Assembly (NCBI GenBank): GCA_008632985.1
Contig: QPGO01000006.1
Coordinates: 434,001 to 498,000, forward strand
Direction of reading: 5' to 3'
Source: Psammoneis japonica
Lineage: Eukaryota
Length of the DNA: 64,000 nt
Positions within the stretch are counted from its first letter, which is position 1. Each line of letters starts with the position of its first letter. Below are positions 51,351 through 62,286 of this stretch, one piece after another. The notes under the pieces were generated by a model, which was not told where the DNA came from, searched no databases, and worked only from the letters and a program-made list of their open reading frames with translations. A program made the translations under genes and the position numbers.

Positions 51351-52011
51351 TGCTGCATCAGCAGTGATGACTGTCCTCTGCTCCAACTGTGTTGAATGGC
51401 AATGGACGACTGCCTTGCTCAAACATTGCCGTTTGATGACGTTGCGATTCATTCACAATGTCAAAATCGTGTGAGCACATGGTTGGAGGCGAAAAGCCTC
51501 TGAGCCAACAACAACAAAGAGCCGACAAAAGATCAAGGCATTGCACACAGCTCCAGTTTGCTTGCGAGAGGATGCCATCAAGTCAGTTGTGACCTCTGCC
51601 AGCTGGAGCAGAGGATTCACTCTTAACTCTCAGCCCTGTAATTTGTTCTCTAAAATGTCCCAACTTTACTCATGTGCCAATCAGTTGCCACTGCGACATT
51701 CCTTTGGGTTGGCTTTTCCCTTCGCTCGCTAAAACACTGCCTTTTCTGTGAAATGGCAGAAGGCATCACTCCTTGATGCAACCAACGTTTTCTAAATGAA
51801 CACTCCAGTGAAACATGCATTTGTCATTTGTGTCCATCACATGTAAATCACATGCACCCTCCTCTTTGCTTGCTTGAAGATTCATGTAGAACCAGCTGTC
51901 CCCAACAGCCATGACAGTCCTTGTGAGGCAATCCGTCATCCAAGTTGATGCTGGCTACATGTTTTTGAGTGGCAAGGTCGTGGATCTGAACTGTGTGGCT
52001 CTTCATTGTTG

Positions 52012-54093
52012 TCAGTTGCCCCTTGTGAACCAAACTCCTTGCAGGGATGCGTGCGTTGTACCAGCAGCATGTCGCCAGCTGATGATGCGGCTAGGTTCAA
52101 CATGCGACATGTTGAAAAGAGGCTCGATGCCATCGACGTCAATGCGGTGCAAGCCAAAGCCGTCACAGTTGTGCCGATGTCCACAGAGGTAGATTTGAAG
52201 AGGGACAACAAGAACCTTTGACCTCCGTAGGTGGCGAAAGGCAAGATGGTTCCTCTGTGCATCACTGTGCGAATGAGGAGCATCCACTTTGTGTCGCTGC
52301 ACCAAACTCGGAGCAGTCAGATCAGAAACGTTGAACAAACTCACGAGAAAACCAGTGGTTCGACCGGTGTCTTCGTTCGCGTCCTGTCCGATTCCGATGA
52401 GCATGTTGTCGTCGACGGGGTGCAGACAGTTGGAGAAGCCCATCATCTTCAACTCGCCCTTGACTTCAGGGTTGGCAGGATCTTTCAAATCTGCTGCACA
52501 CAGTGGATCAACCTGCCAAAAAGTCACGACAAATGCCTTGTCGTCCAAGAATCGGACGGCATGCATCCATTCTCCCTTGCCAAGACCCTCCACAAACCCA
52601 ATGCGTTTGCCAAAGTTTTTTGAATCTCCTGATGGCTTGTTGAAGTCAAGAATGGATGTCTGACTTGAAGAGTCACTGATGGTCATCCACCTGCAGGGGA
52701 GAGTTGTTTCGGCACAAGTGGCTGGTGGGAGACAGCTCCATTGAGCACGGTTTGTCGCAGCCACTCGTAGATGCCCGTCATGGAAATCCATGGAGAGCTG
52801 ATTCAGAACACATCTGGCAACCTCCGCACCGCCCACTCCCTTGGCAGCACTTCCATCATCTTGCAATTCAAATGCATGCAGGTGAGTGCGTTCTTTCCAG
52901 TTGCGCCAGTCATTGAACCACTGCCGCCAGCCTCGTCCAGCCACGACGAGAACATCTTGTGATGCGCACACATCCACCGAGCTCGTCGGGAGAAAAGCAT
53001 TCATTGACGAAAGAGTGATTCTGTTGTCATCAAAGTCTTCATCTATGTCGAAGCTTGTGACTTTGGTCAGAGTTGTCAGCATGTCAACGTTGTGGTAAAA
53101 GCCGGGTGCCTTGTCCTCGGCAGTGCTGCCAGTCATCAAGGACAACATCTTCGCAAAGTTGCGGCAGTTTCCGCCGAAACCCAGCTCTTCTTCAAGTCGT
53201 TTGATGACGGTGGGGATGAGGGCAGTCGCTTTTGCCTTTGCAGCTCTTCGGCACATCTCTGCGTCCATTCCTTGATGATCTTCTGCACATCTTTGAAGAT
53301 GCTGAGAGCAATGCTGAAACCAGTTGAAATTGGACATTGTGGCAATGTGTCCAACAGCGGAGATGGACCGGGAGGCAATGCATCGCCCTTGCAAGTCTTG
53401 GTGTGCAAGCAACTTCATCTCTGGAACACCGGTCTTGTCAACAATGCTTGGTTTCGTTTCAGACATGTCACAAACACGCAGCTGCAGCTTCTCTCGTCCT
53501 GCTGGAATCCTTGGGTTTGTGGAACCGCAGCGGCAACAGCTCTGGTGCCAACCGACAACCACTGCCAATCGATTTTCGTGAAGAAGTGGCGCCTTGATCC
53601 GAGGCTTGGAAGTGCGTGGCAGGTGGACGACCCTCAGCTCACGCCCAGCAGGGATGGTGGTCATGGCAGTGCGAGTCAGCACCTTTCCTGTTTTGGCATC
53701 CCATTGACATGGGATGTCACCATGCACTGCACAAACAACTTCACTGTTGGACTTGACAATGTCTCCCTCATCCACACCCGCTTCTTGGTTGTTCGTTTCA
53801 AAACTGTCCTCTGGTTCTGCATTGCTTTTTGCAGTGGATTCCACTGCGGCAGGGGCTGGACCTTGACTTCTGAGATGTGTTTCGGGACAGCAGTTGTCGT
53901 GCTTTCCATCAAAGATTGTGAAGTTCGCAAGCGATTTCAAAGCATCTGTGACATCCATTCTTAGAGCATTGCAGCTCTCGCATCCCTTGGCGTCTGATGC
54001 ACTGAACGGTCGACGCTCTACGATGAACGGATCGGATCCTGATTCATCAACGCCTCCTGATTCCCAACGTTTGCATCGAACTTGTTTTGGCAT
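52012..54093 (-). pseudogene. Beta-propeller domain protein (Beta_propel family-like), hypermutated but with an open frame
   Basis: Motifs TNNQEAGVDEGDIVKS, LNQLSMDFHDGHLRVA, VVTFWQVDPL, GELKMMGFSNCLHP and LIGIGQ. Only 2 Tyr in 693 aa. Confidence 0.75.
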
Positions 54094-54212
54094 CTGTTTT
54101 CACAGTTGCTTCTCTTTTCACCACTCGGTTTGTTCTTGGCACACCAGGTGAAGCACCTCTCAATCTTCTTTTCCCTTCCTGCTGCCAAGTTCCTCTTCGC
54201 CAAAGGTTGAAG

Positions 54213-54602
54213 GACGCGTTCCAGGTCTAGGTGGGACCTCGCACTACTGAACTGTGACATCGACAGTTTTTTGAATCACGTCGTATGTCGCGCACGTAGA
54301 TTTCTACGTGATTTTTTCGATATTTTGTGTCATTTTACGGTACACTTATTGAGCGATCCGTCCAACAACTTTTGACATTTTTTGTTACAGCGCGATTCTA
54401 TAATGTCTTAAGAATCGCGTAGGGCAGGCGCATTTGCAAAAACGTCGAGTGGCAAGAGGCATAATTGTACCACAAACTTGGCCGTTTATTTGATGTTGAA
54501 GATAAATATATCCATTAATTAAATTCTCGTACTACGGAGCTCGCACGTAGAATTCTACGGGCCCAATGTCACACGGAGTCCCACCTAGGGCTGGAACGCG
54601 TC
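54213..54602. repeat. 25-bp inverted repeat pair around an AT-rich core
   Basis: gacgcgttccaggtctaggtgggac (54213-54237) versus gtcccacctagggctggaacgcgtc (54578-54602); 23/25 match. Confidence 0.75.
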
Positions 54603-56490
54603 GAAGATCTTCCAAACGATTGGATCTGGTTCTCAACAACCCATTGGACCTGCGCCCTGAATGCAGTTCTTTTTGTTTCTCCTCTGCAAGACACAAGAAG
54701 CTCGTGTGGTGAACGCCAAGCAAGTCCCGAACGCTGCAACATGCCAGAGCGGTCAAGAAGAACATGACTCCAAAGGAACGCTGCATGATTTCGGTTTCAA
54801 ATTGTGTCAAAAGCAGTGATTTAGATTGTTCTTTCTTCAACAGAAAAGCACGATCTGCGTGGCAAATGAGGACAAGCCTGTGTCTGTGTTATTGTCTCTT
54901 AACTTCGACTGCCTTTCTTTGCGCATTTGCTTTGGATTGCTCTTTTTCGTGTGTTTTGTGAGATGTTGTACACTGCTGCAGTACAGCACGCTCTAGAGGG
55001 GAATCTACCATACCGTACACTACACAAGAAAGCAAAACGCGACTTCTATATACATATACTTTTTTCGCGTTAAATAATGCAATTAGTAATTAGGGCCCTA
55101 AGAGAAATTGTTCCACGAACGTGTTTTCTTTATGACTATCAATGACTTATGATCAATAAGTACTACATATGAGTAGGGTAGAACGACTTTTGTGCGTTTT
55201 AAATGATAGAAGTAATTATGAGGTGTTTGTTTAACGGAACCAGATGTCATTATGACTGTTGATTTCTATCACACCGATTTACTGTAGGGCCCTACTGTAA
55301 CCAACCTTATGTACTGTACATGCAGTATCTAATCGATGATCACCATGATGTTGTGATTGTTTCCGCTTGCGGTCGGACAATTGTTACTCGCAGCATTTTC
55401 TTGCTCTTTTGAAGGTGTGAAGGCGGCGCGTCTCAAAGCACAAAACCTAAATGGCTCGAGGAGTCAATGGATCGCGAAACGGTCCAGAAAATGCATGCAT
55501 CGGGTATCGGGGAAAGAACGCCGCCACATGAAGAATGTTCAAGCGGAACGCGGAACGAGACACCTGTTGGTCTGCTCAAGAAGCACCGCCAGAGGACGAT
55601 ACGAGAACAATTTCTCTCTTGATGTTGAGTTCGATACCTCTATGTCGTTTGCATTCGCAAAGATTCAAAGTAGGAATGCGGACACGTGATTCGCGCTGCC
55701 AATGAATACTTTTGTTCAACACCATGGTGGTGAATGGACCTAGCTCCCGTCTCGTCATATAATGTGGCTGGATTCTGGATCAAGCTCATTCCTCAAGTTC
55801 AGACGTGACTCTTTTCTCTATTGGCCAAGTAGTTTCCAGCTTCCAGAACTTTTCTCCGATAAGGACCTGGTGGTAGACGTTTGTACCTTTTCAAATACGG
55901 GAAACGCACAGAAATTCATAACGAAAGTGGTTGTCTTAGCTTTACAATTGCTATGAGAGGATACTACGAGGGCGGCGGTACTTGACATGCCGTGAGACGA
56001 ATATGCGTTTGAATGGTGATTGAGTTCGTGTGTTTAGAACGACGAGAACAAATGCATTGTGCCGACATGAGCAATTCTCTCTTCTCACTCTCACCTCGCC
56101 CACAGCAGCCTGTCTGTCACGGCGAAACAGACAAAGACAAAGGAGATACAGTACTGCCAGAGGATAGAGACTACACTACGATTCAGAATGCTCGGCGTTG
56201 TGGAGATGAGTAAATACCATGCGACGACTCGTACGAGTGGTTGGCGAGCGATTCGTATCTGATACACAGAATGCTTGTGACACCTTGGTCTATCGAGAGC
56301 TACTGGTATGTAGTGGGATGTATCCAGCAAATTTGACCTAGCACTACGGGCTCGAAAATTTTCGTACGAAAATTTCGGAGCCCGTAGGAACAAATACTAG
56401 CTGACGTTTGTTGAACTAAAGCTAGGACGCGATCTTTAGGCAAACGTACAAGCTGACGAATTCGTTGAATCTTCTCATTCTTTGAGAAGG

Positions 56491-58620
56491 ATGAACTTTT
56501 CGAATAAAAAGACAAGCTTGATCACGATCTTATCGTCGGAACATGGAAGGCTCCGCCGCGAGCAACGTGATATTGACAAGCGGGATCTCAAAAAGGCACT
56601 CAAGTACGGCAAATACGAGCGAGCGTGGGGACAGCGATGGATGGTCGAATATGATGGTATAACTTTCATTACTGACAATGCAATGAGAAGAGAGGTAACG
56701 GCGTATCCTTCTCCCCTCCCTGATATGCCGATCGATACCAAGACGCGAAACGATGTTGTGAATGCGAAACTACTTCTTTCCGCAAAACCTGAACTCTCGA
56801 CCTCTCACACTGTGGCAGTTATTGACAACAGCGGCTCCATGCTTGGTAAGAAAAACAATGTTCACCTTTATCGTGACAGCCAGAATGCTGCGTTTAGCAT
56901 GGTTGCTCTCGAGTTTGTGGCAGAGCAGCTCTTCAATGCTACCGCCGTGAATTCTGACTTGATATCTTTGGTCAAGTTTGCCGAAAGGGCGTCTGTCGAG
57001 ATTGAAAGAGAGCCGATCGGGTGGCCGGTGTACAACAAGCTCTTGTCTCATCGTAACACGGATAAGTTTGTCGATCGCAGGGATTGTCCTTGGCGTGACG
57101 AAACGTTTTCTCAGAGCAATTTCCTGCCAGCCCTTGAAAAGGCCAATGAGCTGCTGGAAAATGGTTACCACGACAAGTGCGCTCTATCCTTGTTCTTCTT
57201 CTCCGACGGAGGCTCTACAGACAGCACAGCCTCGAGGATTGACAGTGTTGAGGCAAATCAACGCATCTGTGACAAGATTTCTAGCATGGCCTCTCGCTTT
57301 GGCGCTGCGTTCTCTGTCACAACGGTCGGCCTAGGGAACCCGCAAGATGACTTTTCTATCCTCCAAAACATGGCCAGTGCGGCGTCGAGCGCTGGTGGAA
57401 AAGGCACCTTTGAGTTTTGCAACAAGACTGCAAACACAATAGCATCTGCCATCTCCAGCATGGTTAGCAGCACGATGGAGACAAGAACCGCATTGCAAGA
57501 AGGTCGCCGTCGGGGATACACTGTGAGAGAAGATTTGATATCTGAAGGAGATGCTACTTTCCAATATGACTGGCAGTACTTTTTCATCATTAATCACTTC
57601 TTGTACGATTCTGGTTCCAGGCAATTTCGTCCGACCCCATCACTTCCCCTTGCAGCAGCTGAAGCCTCCCCTCAGCAGGCAATTGACAGGGAGAGTAGCC
57701 CACCCCGTTACCTGGCGATCAATCGCAACTATGTCGGGACTCTGGGGGCGGAGCGCGTTGCCTATCGCTGCCGACTTTCCGACAAGCCAGGAGTTGACGG
57801 GTTCGTGTTCGATACTATGGTTGCAAAGGAAACGAAAAATGTTGAACGAATGAAGGAGAAGATTGAATTTCATTCAGTATTCAATGAAACCCAAGATCTT
57901 TCAAACCATCTGGCTGGGAAGTTCAATGAGCACTTGCGTGGACTGCCAGACTTCGATGCTCGAAGGACACCTAAGCTTGTGTTTCTGAGTTGCTCTGTTC
58001 TCCTACTCGAAGACCCGAGTCGCCCGAGTGGATCTCGAGGAGTCCTGGTTGAGAAGATGCTTGATACGGGCCGTTTCCCATGGACAAAGTGGAACAATAA
58101 CAACGGCATGGTTGATGGAAAGCACAAGCATATCCCACTTGACGTGGACTTTGAGCTCAAGCAGCTACACAAGGAGCAACACCATGGTCTGGGTGCCATC
58201 ACCGAGGAAGATGAGTTATCTGACGACGAGCATAGTGTCTCAGATGTTGAATCAGAAAAAGGAGAAGTAGACATGACAGATTCTATGTTCGGGGGCGGAA
58301 TCAACCCTTCCGATTACCTCCAAGCTTTTACTCACTTCACCTACCGCTACACGAATAAAAAGGTCATGGTTTGTGATCTTCAAGGAGTCTTCAACACTGA
58401 CATGTCCCCTCCCACCTTTGAATTGACCGACCCTGCTATCCACTACGCTTCAACCAATGGTCGTCGGATGGTGTTTGGTCGAACAGATAAGGGAAAATCT
58501 GGCATGAATAACTTCTTTCGGACTCACAAGTGCACCAAGATATGCAAGTTTTTGGAGCTTTCAGCAAAGAACAAAAAGTGGAAACGCCAGTGGCGACGCG
58601 AAAGTGCAGGTCAGACTTGA
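56491..58620 (+). CDS. vWA-domain alpha-kinase (eEF2K/MHCK family)
   Basis: MIDAS-like VIDNSGSM and FFSDG. Alpha-kinase motifs LQAFTHFTY, VCDLQG, LTDPAIH, FGRTDKG and HKCTKIC. Confidence 0.9.
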   Translation: MNFSNKKTSLITILSSEHGRLRREQRDIDKRDLKKALKYGKYERAWGQRWMVEYDGITFITDNAMRREVTAYPSPLPDMPIDTKTRNDVVNAKLLLSAKPELSTSHTVAVIDNSGSMLGKKNNVHLYRDSQNAAFSMVALEFVAEQLFNATAVNSDLISLVKFAERASVEIEREPIGWPVYNKLLSHRNTDKFVDRRDCPWRDETFSQSNFLPALEKANELLENGYHDKCALSLFFFSDGGSTDSTASRIDSVEANQRICDKISSMASRFGAAFSVTTVGLGNPQDDFSILQNMASAASSAGGKGTFEFCNKTANTIASAISSMVSSTMETRTALQEGRRRGYTVREDLISEGDATFQYDWQYFFIINHFLYDSGSRQFRPTPSLPLAAAEASPQQAIDRESSPPRYLAINRNYVGTLGAERVAYRCRLSDKPGVDGFVFDTMVAKETKNVERMKEKIEFHSVFNETQDLSNHLAGKFNEHLRGLPDFDARRTPKLVFLSCSVLLLEDPSRPSGSRGVLVEKMLDTGRFPWTKWNNNNGMVDGKHKHIPLDVDFELKQLHKEQHHGLGAITEEDELSDDEHSVSDVESEKGEVDMTDSMFGGGINPSDYLQAFTHFTYRYTNKKVMVCDLQGVFNTDMSPPTFELTDPAIHYASTNGRRMVFGRTDKGKSGMNNFFRTHKCTKICKFLELSAKNKKWKRQWRRESAGQT

Positions 58621-58872
58621 GAAAAGTGGAAGACAGCACAGTCATGAATCCAGGCGTTGACAGCGCCTCTTGAGAGGATCCAAGTTGTGTGGTAGTAACA
58701 ACGCGTAATAGATGTCCAAAATCCAAAATGTGGGGTCTGTTGTGGTCTGTCTAAATGTGTGTGAGTGTGTGTCGCCTGTGCGTGCAGCACCACCACTGAA
58801 AATAGGGGGGGTACAGACGGAAGAAGAGGGGGGGAGAGGGGGAGCGAAGCGACCCCGTTGTTGCTGCTTTAA

Positions 58873-59266
58873 GGCGGGTCATCCCCCACTTTTTTTAGCT
58901 CGAATTTGGCCGAATAGCTCGTGATTTGCATGATTTTTCTTGAATTTCACCGTGCTTCACCGTGGTGAAAACATCAAGCCATAAGTCTGTGACGGAGGTG
59001 GGCCGTGCGTCAACTTTCATTTATTTTGTGCTTGTTGTGTATCTGGGGTCACACATGCATCAAATGTTTGCGCACGGACCACTGCGTTTTGGACTCATGT
59101 CGATGTTGCCGTCATCGTCGTGCTTCGATCACGGTGCCTGATGTTCTCGTTTTCGTGCGTGATCGGGGGTGAATGTAAATAATTTTTGCATTCAAAAATA
59201 AACACTGTGAGTGTCCTTGTTCAAATGCCACGATAATTTCCAGGACAAACGCGGGGATGACCCGCC
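58873..59266. mobile_element. 394-bp MITE with perfect 14-bp TIRs and TTAA (or TA) target duplication
   Basis: ttaa-ggcgggtcatcccc…ggggatgacccgcc-ttaa. The empty site gctgctttaacaagag is present in the second unit at about 62351-62366. Confidence 0.92.
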
Positions 59267-59410
59267 TTAACAAGAGAGAAGGAAGGAAGAGAGCAAACGG
59301 AAGCAGCAAGGAAAGAAGTGAGACGACCGTGCGATGTGTTGTTGCGTTTTTGCGGAGTTGAAGATAGAGCGCATGAGCCTGACGCGCACAAAAGATTTCC
59401 ACGGCAGATT

Positions 59411-62173
59411 TTACATGTGCGCTGTCGCCCCCCATTTCCCGTCTTCTATCTTGGTCCCAATTTGAGATGGAACGTTGGCTAGAATCACAGTGCAAATGAT
59501 GAATCTACATTTACAGGCTAACTTGGACGAACAATGTTCATCATGCGGTGCTCTTCCTCGAGCAGCCACCCCCAACAAGTTTGTTTTTGAAAGATGAAAA
59601 TCCCTGGCTCGGAAGCAACAGAATTTTTTGGTCAGATCCGATTGCAGATTCGGCACCAGATGCAACGGCGGCAAACATGTTGGCAAACTGGTCCAAAATG
59701 GAGCAATGGCAATCGGCACACAGCATGGCACAGGGCATGGTGCAACAGGGATGGGTGGTGCACGTCTCGGCGCTGCCTTGTCTTGAGAACACGAGGACTT
59801 GGTTTTTTTCGCGCTCGGCCCCTCAGCACACGTCGGCGTCGGCTGTTGTGACTCGCGGTTCCTTTTGCATGGGTTCACCACAGTTGATGCAGGATTAGAT
59901 CGAGTTGCATGTGGGTTTCTTGTCCCACACTTGCTGCACATGCATCTGTCAGGGTCGTTGTTGCTGCTCGCAGCTGCTGCGCCAAATTTTGCTTTTCTCG
60001 CTTCGAGTTCCTCGTCCACGCTTTCTGGTTGTTTCGGGCATGCTGAAAAATGCCGCTCACCATTGTCTGCTTTCAATTCTTCGACATTTTCATGCACAGG
60101 ATGACCGACTCCCACTTTCTCCGCCAACTTGTTGTTGCAGTCGAGCCTGCTGTGGTTGAGAAACGTCGGCACCCCACGAAAGGCGTGCGGAATCTTGGCG
60201 CACTCGTCCGCCGTCATCTCGTCCATTCGAAGACGCTGGCGTGTCGCAATGTTGCATTCACATGTTCCAGCAAGGCACAGTGCATCTATGAAGGTGCTCC
60301 TGGAACCGGTGTTTCCAAAATGCTTGACGATGTGATGAAACTTCTCAAGCTTGGATTTGGTGCCGGTGGTGGTGACGTGCGTGTCAAGCTTGCACTTCGA
60401 CCATTTTGAAGGCTTGACGACTCTGTGCAAGTCTCCACGTTGTAAAGGCTCATCGAGTCCACGAGCTGTCACCTTTGCATTTTCCACCGCTGGCTCAGTG
60501 TCTTCCGTGAAGAGAGGCCTGCCAGAATCTGGATCATGCCGTCCGCCGGCGTCTGCCGCTCCAGGAGACGCAGAGCACTTGCACCGATTAAACCACGCTT
60601 CAAGATTGCTGTTGCATGTTGCAAGAGGGTAAGTCCACCTTCGTGTGTGCTTCTGGCAGTTTTTCCATTTCTTGCTCTTCTTGATCTCTTGAATTTCTTC
60701 GCTTGCATGTGTCTTGCCGCCGAGCCTTCCAAACATTGGCGCATCGATCACCCGCGCCTCGTTGGATTCATCATTGCACCAAACGCAATCTTTCAAGTCA
60801 CGAACGGCACGACAGCAATCAATGTGCGTGCCTTGCAAGGTGCGAATGATTTGGTTAGTCCAGTGCCAAAGACCAAGCCGACACACTGTGTCCTGACCAA
60901 AAATTTCTTTCCAAAACTCTTCCTTGTTCGGCCATGCATCAGAACAGTGAACTTGGGGGTTCACATTTGGACGTCTGGCGAATTGCTCAGCAGCATGGGC
61001 AAAATCCTTGGTTTCCAGTGATGGCACCACTGCCGCCACCCCAATTTCCCCCGTCTCAACAGCCATGGTGAAAAGTCCTTTTCCGTCATTGTCTTTGTAA
61101 TTTTTCAATTGGTCGAAGGTGTGGTCGGAAGCAATGCTCACACAACAACCGACTGATTGGATCTCTCTTGTGTGTCGCATGTTGTCGCTTGTGCCAGTGT
61201 TGGCATGTTTCGAATCGGCAACTGCATCAAACATGTCGCGCACATTCTGACCTGTTGGTCCATGTCGACCCAACCACTTCTCAAAAGTTGACAACACTGG
61301 TGTGGGCGTCATGGAACTTTTCGCCGCTTCGATCCACCTCAAATGACATCGCTCCTCCACATCAAGGTAAGCTTGGCCATGTTGTTGATGCAGGCACGCC
61401 GACATGGCATCACCGTTGCTGCTTTCCTTCAATTCGTGCTCAGTGATGGTGGCAGCAGCAGCACCGGTGGCAGCAGTGACGGGCGTGGTGTCGGCAGCAT
61501 CATTCAACGAGTCGGTCGTTGCAGATGGCTCACTGTTCTTTGAAGCCCTGGTGTGAATGCGGAACAGGTCCTCCATGCCTTCCTCAGTTAGACGCTGAAA
61601 ACCCTGTGCTTTTTTTGCGTTCTTTCTTGCGTCACTAGTCACAAAGCGGTGGACAGCCGCGTTTCGCTCGGTGCTCATGTTCTTTCCATAACACATGGAT
61701 TTTGGGCAGCTGGGATCATGGCCCTTTTTGCAGGTGGGTCCTTGTTTGCATCTCTTGCACTCAACAACCTTTTCTTGAGTGGCGCGACTGTTTGACAGAG
61801 TCAGAATTTGCGATTCTGCCTCCGCCGCCGGTGATGTTGTAAACCGAGGCGCATTTTTTCCCGACAACTTTGCGATTCCAGAAAAAGCTCGCTCCTTTGC
61901 TTTTTTCGTGGCTGCCTTTCGAGTCTGAGACTGAACACCCATGGTGCTGGGAAGCTTGCGGGAGTGATGCTTCTCCATTCTGCTGCAATTCCTTCTCTCA
62001 GAACTCTCTTGCACAGGTGGGTCGGCACTGATGATGAGTGAGATGAAAAAAGACCGGAGGAGTTTGAATTTTGTGTGTGGTGGCTTTGTCCGAGCGCCAG
62101 TGCTCAGACTGTGGCGCGTCCGTCTGAGATGGACGAACCGAGGTGGCAGTGTCTGTGTTGCATTGATCGTCAA
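59411..62173 (-). pseudogene. Element-encoded protein, possibly transposase-like; Tyr-depleted
   Basis: 920-aa ORF with SDHTFD, HCSDAWP, RLGLWHW, LEKFHH and Cys/His clusters; 4 Tyr in total. The family is not confidently assigned. Confidence 0.5.
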
Positions 62174-62286
62174 CTGATGATGATGCGCATTCTTTCAGAA
62201 AGCCCAAGCATTGCAACGTGTGTTCTTGAAATGAAGCGTTCTGATTGGTCCAATCTTCCATCGGTGGGGGGCCTGTCACGACTCCA

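Larger units (their letters stand above)
43490..54250. other. TpA-depleted domain 3 (relic TEs plus a decayed gene)
   Basis: About 10.7 kb with very few TA dinucleotides; CG is also nearly absent between 44 and 51 kb. Confidence 0.9.
58799..62286 (-). mobile_element. Unit 1 of a head-to-tail repeated element of about 3.1 kb (plus a nested MITE)
   Basis: 58799-60910 (excluding the MITE) is colinear with 62287-64000. The unit carries a long minus-strand ORF. Confidence 0.8.

Noticed and set aside
43490..51800. Dozens of overlapping Cys/His/Trp-rich ORFs in all six frames (also at 11.7-13.3, 20.5-23.3 and 33.7-36.5 kb)
   Set aside because: These are a by-product of losing TAA/TAG through TpA depletion. 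No recognisable domains are present except the Gypsy integrase relic.
55330..56220. Short ORFs with a signal-peptide-like start
   Set aside because: They are fragmentary, have no recognisable motif and cannot support a gene model.
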